64,000 bases of DNA from assembly GCA_029261065.1 (NCBI GenBank), contig JAJDCB010000026.1, positions 82,715 to 146,714 on the forward strand. The letters run 5' to 3'. Shown here in pieces: positions 1 through 7,249 of this stretch; positions within the stretch are counted from its first letter, which is position 1; every line of letters begins with the position of its first letter. Made by a program: the position numbers and the translations under genes. The notes under the pieces were generated by a model. The model saw only the letters and a list, made by a program, of their open reading frames with translations. It was not told the DNA's origin and did no database searches. The DNA comes from Candidatus Omnitrophota bacterium. Lineage in GTDB: Bacteria > Omnitrophota > Gorgyraeia > Zapsychrales > Zapsychraceae.

Positions 1-1
1 T

Positions 2-238
2 TCTATTTTAGGTGGATCGTTATTTATGGCTGAAAGAAATTATAGCTTTGGAGAGTCGGTTGTTTTTGGAGCGGGTTCAGGTATTGGTTGGTTTTTAGCG
101 ATCGTTGCAATGGCGGCCATTCGCACCAAATTAAAATATTCCAATATTCCAAATTCTTTAAAAGGATTAGGTATCACTATGATCATTACAGGATTGATGG
201 CCATGGGTTTTATGTGTTTTGCAGGGATTCAGTTATAG
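2..238 (+). CDS. nqrE: Na+-translocating NADH:quinone oxidoreductase subunit E, C-terminal fragment (5' truncated by window edge)
   Basis: Open frame from nt 2. The translation ...[20 protein letters not shown]...[24 protein letters not shown] matches the conserved NqrE/RnfA C-terminus. nqrF follows immediately. Confidence 0.8.
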   Translation, partial: SILGGSLFMAERNYSFGESVVFGAGSGIGWFLAIVAMAAIRTKLKYSNIPNSLKGLGITMIITGLMAMGFMCFAGIQL

Positions 239-257
239 AATTTAAATAGGAGTTATT

Positions 258-1490
258 GTGGGATTAATTCAAACTGTTTTATTAAGTGTCTTAATATTTT
301 CTGGAATCATTATTATTTTGATTTCTCTTTTATCATTTGTGGAATCTAAAGTCGCCCAAAAAGGTGATTGCAAGATCTATATTAATGATGAAAAGGAACC
401 CATTTCTGTTGCTGGCGGCGGAAATTTATTAGCAACTTTGTCTGAACAAAAAATTTTCTTACCTTCAGCTTGTGGTGGTGGGGGAACGTGTGCGATGTGT
501 AAATGCCAAGTTCTAGAAGGTGGCGGAGATATTTTACCAACAGAAACAGGTCTTATTACAAGGGCAGAACAAAAGGATCAGGTTCGTTTATCTTGCCAAG
601 TTAAAATTCGCGAAGATATGAGAATTAAAATTCCTGAGGAAGTTTTTAAGATTCAGAAATTTGATTGTAAAGTAAGATCTAATCACAATGTTGCGACCTT
701 TATTAAAGAACTTGTCATCGAGTTACCGAAAGATAAAACACTAGATTTCGAAGCCGGTGGATATATTCAAATTGATATTCCTCCGTATAAATTGCAATAC
801 AGTGAGTTTGACATTGAACAAGAATATCATCCTGATTGGGATACTTATAAGCTTTGGGATATTAAGGCGGAAAACGATGAACCTATATACAGAGCTTACT
901 CTATGGCTAGTCATCCAGCTGAAGAGGGTATCGTTATGTTAAACGTTCGTATTGCAACGCCACCGCCAAGAGATATGACTTTGCCTGCGGGTAAAGCCTC
1001 ATCTTATATTTTTAATTTAAAGCCGGGCGACCCTGTTGTTATTAGTGGACCTTATGGTGAGTTTTTTATCAAAGATACAAAACGCGAAATGATGTACATT
1101 GGTGGTGGAGCTGGTATGGCACCGATGAGAAGTCATTTGTTTCATCTTTTTCATACCGCGCAAACAAGAGATCGTAAGGTGACTTTTTGGTATGGTGCGC
1201 GTTCCAAACGTGAAATGTTTTACGAAGAAGATTTTGCCAATATTGCAAAAAACTTTCCAAATTTTTCTTATCATGTGGCCATGTCTGAACCTCTCCCTGA
1301 GGATAATTGGGATGGCTTAAAAGGTTTTATTCACCAAGCGGTATTAGAAAGTTATTTAAAGAATCACGACGAGCCTGAGGAGATTGAATATTATCTTTGT
1401 GGGCCGCCTATGATGATCGATGCTGTTCAAAAGATGTTAGATTCTTTGGGAGTTCCTGAGGAGATGATAGCTTTTGATTCGTTTGGGTAA
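258..1490 (+). CDS. nqrF: Na+-translocating NADH:quinone oxidoreductase subunit F (2Fe-2S ferredoxin, FAD and NAD binding domains)
   Basis: GTG start with TAGGAG RBS 7 nt upstream. N-terminal TM helix, a CGGGGTCAMCKC 2Fe-2S motif, and FAD/NADH-binding reductase motifs (RAYSMAS, GGGAGMAPM). 410 aa. Confidence 0.9.
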   Translation: MGLIQTVLLSVLIFSGIIIILISLLSFVESKVAQKGDCKIYINDEKEPISVAGGGNLLATLSEQKIFLPSACGGGGTCAMCKCQVLEGGGDILPTETGLITRAEQKDQVRLSCQVKIREDMRIKIPEEVFKIQKFDCKVRSNHNVATFIKELVIELPKDKTLDFEAGGYIQIDIPPYKLQYSEFDIEQEYHPDWDTYKLWDIKAENDEPIYRAYSMASHPAEEGIVMLNVRIATPPPRDMTLPAGKASSYIFNLKPGDPVVISGPYGEFFIKDTKREMMYIGGGAGMAPMRSHLFHLFHTAQTRDRKVTFWYGARSKREMFYEEDFANIAKNFPNFSYHVAMSEPLPEDNWDGLKGFIHQAVLESYLKNHDEPEEIEYYLCGPPMMIDAVQKMLDSLGVPEEMIAFDSFG

Positions 1491-1493
1491 AAT

Positions 1494-1554
1494 AAATAGT
1501 GACAGGCACCAATTTTATTATAGTTTATTTTAAAATTGGTGCCTGTCACTATTT
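1494..1554. terminator. Perfect 24-bp inverted repeat hairpin between the convergent nqrF and nqrM-like genes (bidirectional terminator)
   Basis: aaatagtgacaggcaccaatttta at 1494-1517 is perfectly complementary to taaaattggtgcctgtcactattt at 1531-1554. AU-rich flanks on both strands. Confidence 0.55.
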
Positions 1555-1710
1555 ATCACATACCGCAGGATCTTTGCCTTCTTTAGCGCAAGCACAATCG
1601 TCAGGGTTTACCGAACACCCCTTCTTTAGGGCTTTCTTCGAGATAATCAATCCAATCGCCATTCCGGCGAAACATAATCCAAATATAAGTATGGTTGCTA
1701 ATGTATTCAT
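1549..1710 (-). CDS. Small membrane protein resembling (Na+)-NQR maturation factor NqrM (one TM helix plus a Cys-rich tail)
   Basis: From an internal Met the product is MNTLATILIFGLCFAGMAIGLIISKKALKKGCSVNPDDCACAKEG. It is convergent on nqrF. The ORF-track N-terminal extension is unlikely to be real. Confidence 0.45.
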   Translation of the reverse strand: MNTLATILIFGLCFAGMAIGLIISKKALKKGCSVNPDDCACAKEGKDPAVCDK

Positions 1711-1789
1711 AGGCACAGTATAGTGGATTAAAATTCGAAAATCAATATTACTCTTTCTCAAAAAAGCGTTTGTGATACAATAGGGGCTT

Positions 1790-3034
1790 ATGAGCACAAC
1801 AAAGAAAAAAACACAAAGTAAAACTTTAAATATTAGCCAAGCTCAAGAATTAAAAATTTTGCGTTCCATTGTTGAAATCACCAACTCCGAGCTGGATTTG
1901 GATGTGACTCTTAAAGAAATTGTTAAGGTCGTCAATGATATGACTAAGGCCGATTCTGTTTTTATTTATTTGTTTGATGAAAAACGCAAGCATCTTGTGT
2001 TGATGGCCTCAAAAACACCGCATAAGAAAGAGTTGGGAAAAGTTATTTTAAAGGCAGGAGAAGGGATTACCGGTTGGGTTGCCAAGGAAAACAAACCGGT
2101 GGCGATTTCAGAAAATGCTTATCAAGACAAACGTTTCAAAAACTTTGATGTCCTCCCCGAGGATCAGTACGAAGCCTTTCTTTCTGTTCCAATTGTCCAT
2201 AAAAAACGTGCGATAGGTGTTGTGAATGTTCAACATCGAAAAACGCACGCATATGGGGCTAGCCCCATTAATCTTATTACAATTATTGCCAAGCACATCA
2301 GCGGGATCATTGAACATGCCAGGCTTTATGAAGAAACCAAACAAAAGGCTGTTCAATTCGACAGTCTTGTTAAGGTTAGTCAATCCATCACTTCCGAAGC
2401 GTATCTCGATGAAATTCTTAATTTGATTGTTGTTGTGACAGCGGAGATGCTAAATTCAAAAATTTGTTCCATCATGTTATTGAATCAAAAGAAAAAAGAA
2501 CTCGTTATTAGTGCAACACAGAGTTTAAGTTCTTCGTATAAAAAGAAACCAAATTTAAAAGTTGATGATAGTGTGAGTGGTCAGGCGATTAAAACAAAGA
2601 AACCGATAGCCATTGATGATGTACGCAAAGATAAAAAATATCGATTTAAAGACATGGCCGTTAAAGAAAATTTAACGTCAATGCTCGCGGTCCCAATGGT
2701 TCTTAAGGACATTGCCATTGGTGTTGTTAACGTTTATATGAAAACACCCCACACCTTCACCCAAGAAGAAATTGATGTCTTACAAATGGTTGCTAATCAA
2801 GCGGCCGTCGCTGTTGAGAACACAAAACTTGTCGAAGAGATGGTCAAAACCAAAGAAGCCCTCGAAACCCGTAAACTCATCGAACGCGCCAAAGGCATCG
2901 TCATGCGCATGAGCAACCTCGAAGAAGAAGCCGCCTACCGCCTCATCCACAAAAAAGCTATGGACTCTTGCAAGTCGATGAAAGATATTTCTGAATCAAT
3001 CATTTTGATGGATGAGTTTCAAAAAGGGAAATAA
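1790..3034 (+). CDS. GAF-GAF-ANTAR RNA-binding antitermination regulator
   Basis: Two GAF-like domains followed by a C-terminal ANTAR signature (LIERAKGIVMRMSNLEEEAAYRLIHKKAMDS). AGGGG RBS upstream. Confidence 0.8.
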   Translation: MSTTKKKTQSKTLNISQAQELKILRSIVEITNSELDLDVTLKEIVKVVNDMTKADSVFIYLFDEKRKHLVLMASKTPHKKELGKVILKAGEGITGWVAKENKPVAISENAYQDKRFKNFDVLPEDQYEAFLSVPIVHKKRAIGVVNVQHRKTHAYGASPINLITIIAKHISGIIEHARLYEETKQKAVQFDSLVKVSQSITSEAYLDEILNLIVVVTAEMLNSKICSIMLLNQKKKELVISATQSLSSSYKKKPNLKVDDSVSGQAIKTKKPIAIDDVRKDKKYRFKDMAVKENLTSMLAVPMVLKDIAIGVVNVYMKTPHTFTQEEIDVLQMVANQAAVAVENTKLVEEMVKTKEALETRKLIERAKGIVMRMSNLEEEAAYRLIHKKAMDSCKSMKDISESIILMDEFQKGK

Positions 3035-3053
3035 ATCTTAATAAAGGATTTAT

Positions 3054-4106
3054 ATGGCAAAGGCTTTAACCCTACCAAAATATAACACCCTTCTTAACGA
3101 GATTACGGCGATTTATACGCAATCTCAGCAAAAGGCGAAGAAGGCGCTTAATAAGATTCTGACACAGGCCTATTGGGAAATTGGCAAGCGGATTGTGACG
3201 GTGGAGCAGGAGAATAAATTTCGCGCACAGTACGGTGAATCTTTAATCAAAAACCTCTCCAAAGATCTTAGCCAGTTGCACGGCAAGGGCTTTTCCGTAA
3301 CGAACCTGTATCATATGCGGGAATTTTATGTAACTCACCCAATACTCCAGCCGGCTGGAGTATTCGATTGGACCAAACATTGCATCCTTTTATCGATAGA
3401 AGATACCCAATTACGCAAACTCTACGAGAAAAAGGTCGCAAAGGAAAAATGGTCGAAGCGGAAACTTATTGCTGAATTAAAAGCAGATGAACGCGTTTAT
3501 CAGGAGGAAGAGGCAAAAGATAAACCACAAAAAAAATTGACGCTTCGTGATGTGAGGGGACTTATTGGTGTGTATAAGATTGTCGTCCTGCAAGGCATGC
3601 AAATTAAAGATGAGAAGCCCTCTTTGGATTTGGGATTTAATATATATGAATATGGGATTAAAGGGTTATCGCGGTTCGTCCACGGGGATATTGTTGAATT
3701 AAGCGAAGAGGGGCCATTACGTAAGGCCACGCTGCGAAGCAAAAATGATTTGTATATCTACAAGGCTATGTCTGAGAAAGTGGTGGATGGTGATACCGTG
3801 TGGGTGAATGTGATTTTTGGAAATAAATTGTACGCACGCCGAAAATTACGCCTGCGCGGGATTAATGCCCCGGAGATCGGCACGCGTGCTGGTGAAATAG
3901 CCAAATCATTTTTAAAACACACCCTTGATTCCGTTGAGTTTGTCGTCATCAAAACCTACGGCACCGGCAAATTCGGTCGTTATGTGGCCGACATTTACTA
4001 TTTACCCGGTGAAACCGACCCAAACATCGTGGCCCGCGACGGTATCTTCCTCAATCAAGAAATGTTGGATCAGGGGTTGGTTGGGTTGTATATGGGGAAC
4101 GGATAG
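3054..4106 (+). CDS. Predicted nuclease: a YhcG/DUF1016-type N-terminal domain fused to a staphylococcal-nuclease (SNase/thermonuclease)-like C-terminal domain
   Basis: The N-terminus (AYWEIGKRIV..EQ...AQYGESLIKNLSKDLSQLHGKGFSVTNLYHMREFY) resembles DUF1016_N. The C-terminus (VVDGDTVWV...RLRGINAPE...GKFGRYVADIY...NQEMLDQGL) matches SNase-fold motifs. Confidence 0.6.
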   Translation: MAKALTLPKYNTLLNEITAIYTQSQQKAKKALNKILTQAYWEIGKRIVTVEQENKFRAQYGESLIKNLSKDLSQLHGKGFSVTNLYHMREFYVTHPILQPAGVFDWTKHCILLSIEDTQLRKLYEKKVAKEKWSKRKLIAELKADERVYQEEEAKDKPQKKLTLRDVRGLIGVYKIVVLQGMQIKDEKPSLDLGFNIYEYGIKGLSRFVHGDIVELSEEGPLRKATLRSKNDLYIYKAMSEKVVDGDTVWVNVIFGNKLYARRKLRLRGINAPEIGTRAGEIAKSFLKHTLDSVEFVVIKTYGTGKFGRYVADIYYLPGETDPNIVARDGIFLNQEMLDQGLVGLYMGNG

Positions 4107-4117
4107 TTAGGAACAAG

Positions 4118-4492
4118 TAGGGTTTGTCCCTATTTTTCATTGTTATCAGGAGATCAGAAGTGAATAAAATTAAAAGATATTTTCAGGAATCAAAAGAAAT
4201 TTCTGAAAGATTAAAGAAACTATCGGGATGGAAAGTTCTAAAAATTAATTTTCTTATTGCGTGGAAATTTATGTTAGGTTTCATCCTTATAAAATTTTTT
4301 ATGGTTGCAATGTTTATAGTAGCACTAACATATGTAACAAACATCGAGTTTGTAATACCAAGTTTAATCGGAGTTTTTGTAATTTTGATAATAGGTTGGT
4401 CATATATTGGGATTACAAAAATAATGTCGTTAGATAAATATCGAAAATTACTTGTTAAAATTGAGAATGAATAGGGTCTGTCCCTACTTATT
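4118..4492. repeat. Cassette bounded by direct copies of a 15-bp motif TAGGGT(T/C)TGTCCCTA, enclosing a small membrane-protein gene
   Basis: gtagggtttgtcccta at 4118-4133 and atagggtctgtcccta at 4471-4487. A partial inverted copy (gcagggacaaag) lies at 4588-4599. The interior is AT-rich relative to the flanking genes. Confidence 0.4.
4160..4474 (+). CDS. Hypothetical small two-TM membrane protein (about 104 aa)
   Basis: GTG start 7 nt after an AGGAGA RBS. The ORF-track TTG start at 4124 lies inside the repeat. Two hydrophobic helices. No recognisable family. Confidence 0.4.
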   Translation: MNKIKRYFQESKEISERLKKLSGWKVLKINFLIAWKFMLGFILIKFFMVAMFIVALTYVTNIEFVIPSLIGVFVILIIGWSYIGITKIMSLDKYRKLLVKIENE

Positions 4493-4521
4493 CTTACTGG
4501 GCTCCGTGGTACACTAAAGTC

Positions 4522-4550
4522 TTGACAACGGAGAAAATGGATAGTATACT
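4522..4550 (+). promoter_or_regulatory. Sigma-70-type promoter for the amtB-glnK leader
   Basis: TTGACA (4522-4527), a 17-nt spacer, then TATACT (4545-4550). Confidence 0.5.
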
Positions 4551-4602
4551 TTATTCATCAAAGCAAAGTTGTTTTGATTTTATAAATGCAGGGACAAAGA
4601 TG

Positions 4603-4640
4603 CCCGACAAACTTTTTTAAAGATTGTCGGTTTTTTTATT
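4603..4640 (+). terminator. Intrinsic terminator-like hairpin within the amtB leader
   Basis: ccgacaa ... ttgtcgg stem followed by a T7 run. Confidence 0.45.
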
Positions 4641-4721
4641 TATAATCACAGAAGATTATAGTTGTTTTGGACAGAGAAGTCCTCTTGATGAGCCGCCGAA
4701 GGTTTAAAGAGGGCTTTTTTT
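4641..4721 (+). promoter_or_regulatory. Candidate ANTAR antitermination target: two hexaloop hairpins, with P2 overlapping an intrinsic terminator
   Basis: P1 is tataatc-ACAGAA-gattata (4641-4660) and P2 is ggac-AGAGAA-gtcc (4669-4682). Both hexaloops have A at position 1 and G at position 4. The P2 3' arm overlaps the terminator 5' arm tcctctt (4680-4686), which pairs with aagaggg (4707-4713) and is followed by T7 (4715-4721). Confidence 0.55.
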
Positions 4722-4758
4722 GTGCTTAAATTAAGGTCAATAACGGACGGAGGAAAAA

Positions 4759-6090
4759 ATGTTGAAAAAGTATTTAAAACGATTATTATTAGGTTCTGCG
4801 TTGGGTCTTGGTGGGCTTTTGGTTTTAAGTCAGCCGGCTTTTGCAGAAGAAACAGTAAGTTTAGAGATGTTTACGATTAACAACACGTGGATGCTTGTTT
4901 CCGCTTTTTTGGTTTTTATCATGCATCTTGGCTTTGCAACACTGGAAGCCGGTCTTACACGATCCAAAAACACGGTTAACATTCTCTTTAAAAACGTGAT
5001 GATTCTATCAATAGGGTTGTTAACCTATGCCTTGGTTGGATTTAATTTAATGTATCCAGGTGAAGGTTCGTGGATCTTGGGTCAATGGTTTGGTTTTGCA
5101 GGTTTTGGGATCGGAACAGATGCAGCGGGTTTAACGAGTGCTTATAATCCGGGATATACTTATTGGACAGACTTTATCTTTCAAGGTATGTTTGCCGCGA
5201 CGTGTGCCACGATTGTTTCCGGGGCTGTTGCTGAAAGAATTAAGTTACATTCCTTTTTAGTTTTTTCGACCATTTATGTCGCTCTCATTTATCCTTGGTT
5301 AGGGAGTTGGAAGTGGGGTGGTGGTTGGTTAGATGGTTTGGGTTTTTATGATTTTGCAGGCTCAACATTAGTTCATTCGGTAGGTGGTTGGGCGGCTCTT
5401 GCTTGTATTATTATTTTAGGTCCCCGTTTTGGAAAGTATTCTCAAGGTCAATCACGGGCGATTCCAGGACACAGCATGCCTCTGGCGACAATCGGTGTCT
5501 TTTTGCTGTGGTTAGGGTGGTTTGGTTTTAATGGCGGATCTGTTCTTTCTGCTGATCCTGGTTTGGTGTCCTACGTTTTTGTGACAACAGCTTTAGCGGC
5601 TGCTGCGGGTGTTGTGGGATCTATGTTTGCATCGGAGTTTATGCTTAAGAAACCTGATTTGTCCATGGTTTTAAATGGATCATTAGCAGGCTTAGTAGGA
5701 ATTACAGCAGGCGCTGATGTTGTTTCAATTCCTTCTGCTATAATTATCGGACTTGTTGCAGGGGCTTTAGTTGTTGCTTCTGTTATTTTTATTGATTCAA
5801 AATTAAAGATAGACGATCCTGTTGGTGCCACTTCTGTTCATTTGGTTTGTGGTATTTGGGGAACCTTAGCTGTTGGAATCTTTAGTCCGGATCATTCTTT
5901 TCTTACGCAATTATTAGGCGTTGTTGCTTATGGAGCCGTATCTTTTGTAAGCGCCTTTGTTATTTTCTCCATTGTGAAAGCTGTCATGGGTGTTCGTGTG
6001 ACAGAAAGAGAAGAGATTAGAGGTCTTGATATCGACGAGCATGGCATGGAAGCTTATGCTGGATTTCAAATATTCTCAACAGAAGGATAA
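4759..6090 (+). CDS. amtB: Ammonium transporter (Amt family) with signal peptide
   Basis: 443 aa with 11-12 TM helices. Amt motifs are present: DFAGSTLVH, FGFNGGS and GxWGTLAVG. A signal peptide precedes them. Confidence 0.92.
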   Translation: MLKKYLKRLLLGSALGLGGLLVLSQPAFAEETVSLEMFTINNTWMLVSAFLVFIMHLGFATLEAGLTRSKNTVNILFKNVMILSIGLLTYALVGFNLMYPGEGSWILGQWFGFAGFGIGTDAAGLTSAYNPGYTYWTDFIFQGMFAATCATIVSGAVAERIKLHSFLVFSTIYVALIYPWLGSWKWGGGWLDGLGFYDFAGSTLVHSVGGWAALACIIILGPRFGKYSQGQSRAIPGHSMPLATIGVFLLWLGWFGFNGGSVLSADPGLVSYVFVTTALAAAAGVVGSMFASEFMLKKPDLSMVLNGSLAGLVGITAGADVVSIPSAIIIGLVAGALVVASVIFIDSKLKIDDPVGATSVHLVCGIWGTLAVGIFSPDHSFLTQLLGVVAYGAVSFVSAFVIFSIVKAVMGVRVTEREEIRGLDIDEHGMEAYAGFQIFSTEG

Positions 6091-6236
6091 TATTATGAAT
6101 AACAATTATTCGCTTGTGCAAGATGTATCGAAGAAGCGGGAGCTCCTACTAAGAGATACCCTGTTCGCCTTGTTAGCAGCAGGCTTGCACAAGCCTTATA
6201 AATTATTAACAATGAATGTGTTGTTAAAAGAGCAAG

Positions 6237-6400
6237 AAAAGGTACAAGTGACAAGAAACAAGATACAAAAAAACATCAATGTTCAAGGTTTAATAGCCAA
6301 ACAGCTTGTTGTCAGGAAATTATTTGAAAATTGTATTTTGGGTTTTGTTTCTTTTTTGTACCTTGTACCTTGTATCTTGAAATTTTTGACAATATCAATA
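6237..6400. repeat. Family-B hairpin element (imperfect ACAAGNT heptad arms)
   Basis: Left arm ggtacaagtgacaagaaacaagatacaaaaaaacatcaatgttcaa and right arm ttgtattttgggttttgtttcttttttgtaccttgtaccttgtatcttg. Near-identical copies lie at 47337, 60058 and 62178. Confidence 0.6.
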
Positions 6401-6421
6401 ATGAACGATGGGAGATAGATC

Positions 6422-6763
6422 ATGAAATTAATTATAGCAATGATTAAACCGCATCAATTGCCTTCAACAAAAAAGGCCTTGTTTGATGCTGGGATTAAGA
6501 AAATGACCGTTTCAAATGTGTTGGGTTGTGGGCAACAAGGTGGGTTTAGCGAAACCTATCGAGGGGTTGTTCATGAGATCAACCTTCTAAAAAAGATTCG
6601 TATTGAAATTGCGGTTAATGATGATTTTGAAGAAAAGACCATTAAGGCCATTATTGCGGGCGCCAAAACGGGTCGAATCGGTGATGGGAAGATTTTTGTG
6701 TTAGATCTTCCTAAATGTATTCGGATTCGGACGGAAGAGGCGGGGTCTGAGGCGGTTGGTTGA
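6422..6763 (+). CDS. glnK: Nitrogen regulatory protein P-II (GlnK type, amtB-linked) with a non-canonical T-loop
   Basis: 113 aa and collinear with E. coli GlnB/GlnK ([10 protein letters not shown]...[10 protein letters not shown]...IRIRT). Position 51 is His instead of the uridylylated Tyr, and R38 is Gln. Confidence 0.9.
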   Translation: MKLIIAMIKPHQLPSTKKALFDAGIKKMTVSNVLGCGQQGGFSETYRGVVHEINLLKKIRIEIAVNDDFEEKTIKAIIAGAKTGRIGDGKIFVLDLPKCIRIRTEEAGSEAVG

Positions 6764-6776
6764 TATTTAGGTAGGA

Positions 6777-6875
6777 GGTTCCCGCTTTCTCGGGAATGAC
6801 ATGAGGAAAGGGAGCGACAATCAGAATCTGTCATTCCTGCAAAACCTGTCATTCCCGAGACATCGGGAATCCCCT
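6777..6875. repeat. Family-A palindromic repeat units (ATTCCC-N8-9-GGGAAT core)
   Basis: ggttcccgctttctcgggaatgac is followed by gtcattcccgagacatcgggaatc at 6848-6871. The same 24-mer recurs exactly at 20656-20679. Confidence 0.6.
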
Positions 6876-6926
6876 GCAGCGTTGTAACTTAGCGCATTTC
6901 ATATGTTTTTGGCTTTGAGAAATTTC

Positions 6927-6955
6927 TTGACAAAAATTTACAGAAAATGTATATT
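6927..6955 (+). promoter_or_regulatory. Sigma-70-type promoter upstream of glnN (GSIII)
   Basis: TTGACA, a 17-nt spacer, then TATATT. About 295 nt of leader follow before the start codon. Confidence 0.5.
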
Positions 6956-7055
6956 GATGCTTCTAATCCGCGGCATTTCATGCGGAGTCCGATAAGGCAT
7001 TGCCGTCTTAGTCAAGGGCAGAGATAATATGAATATAAATATATATAAGATTTGA

Positions 7056-7109
7056 GGGCAACGAAGTCCTTCTTAAAAGTGAATACGCTTTTTTAAGAAG
7101 GATTTTTTT
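7056..7109 (+). terminator. Leader terminator with an overlapping ANTAR-like P2 hexaloop hairpin, upstream of glnN
   Basis: gggc-AACGAA-gtcc (7056-7069) has A1 and G4 in the hexaloop and overlaps the 5' arm of a perfect 12-bp stem: tccttcttaaaa (7068-7079) ... ttttaagaagga (7091-7102) plus T7. A second weaker hairpin, ccccgcc/ggcgggg, lies at 7169-7186. Confidence 0.4.
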
Positions 7110-7249
7110 ATTGCAATGAGTATTTAATTTATGCGACCAAAGGAAGCCTAAATTAGAAATACGAATTGCCCCCGCCAAAGGCGGGGTCGCTTCATTTAAA
7201 ACAGAAGGTTGAACTAAATATAACGAAACGATAAAAGGGAGAATTTGCT

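Noticed and set aside
757-1274. ORFs 757-942(+), 1017-1274(-) and 1069-1260(-) inside nqrF.
   Set aside because: They are entirely contained in the well-supported nqrF frame. They are alternative-frame or antisense with no recognisable features.
6026-6418. 130-aa ORF overlapping the amtB 3' end and spanning the intergenic region.
   Set aside because: It overlaps the amtB stop region in another frame, and most of its length is the family-B repeat hairpin. This is a repeat-induced ORF.
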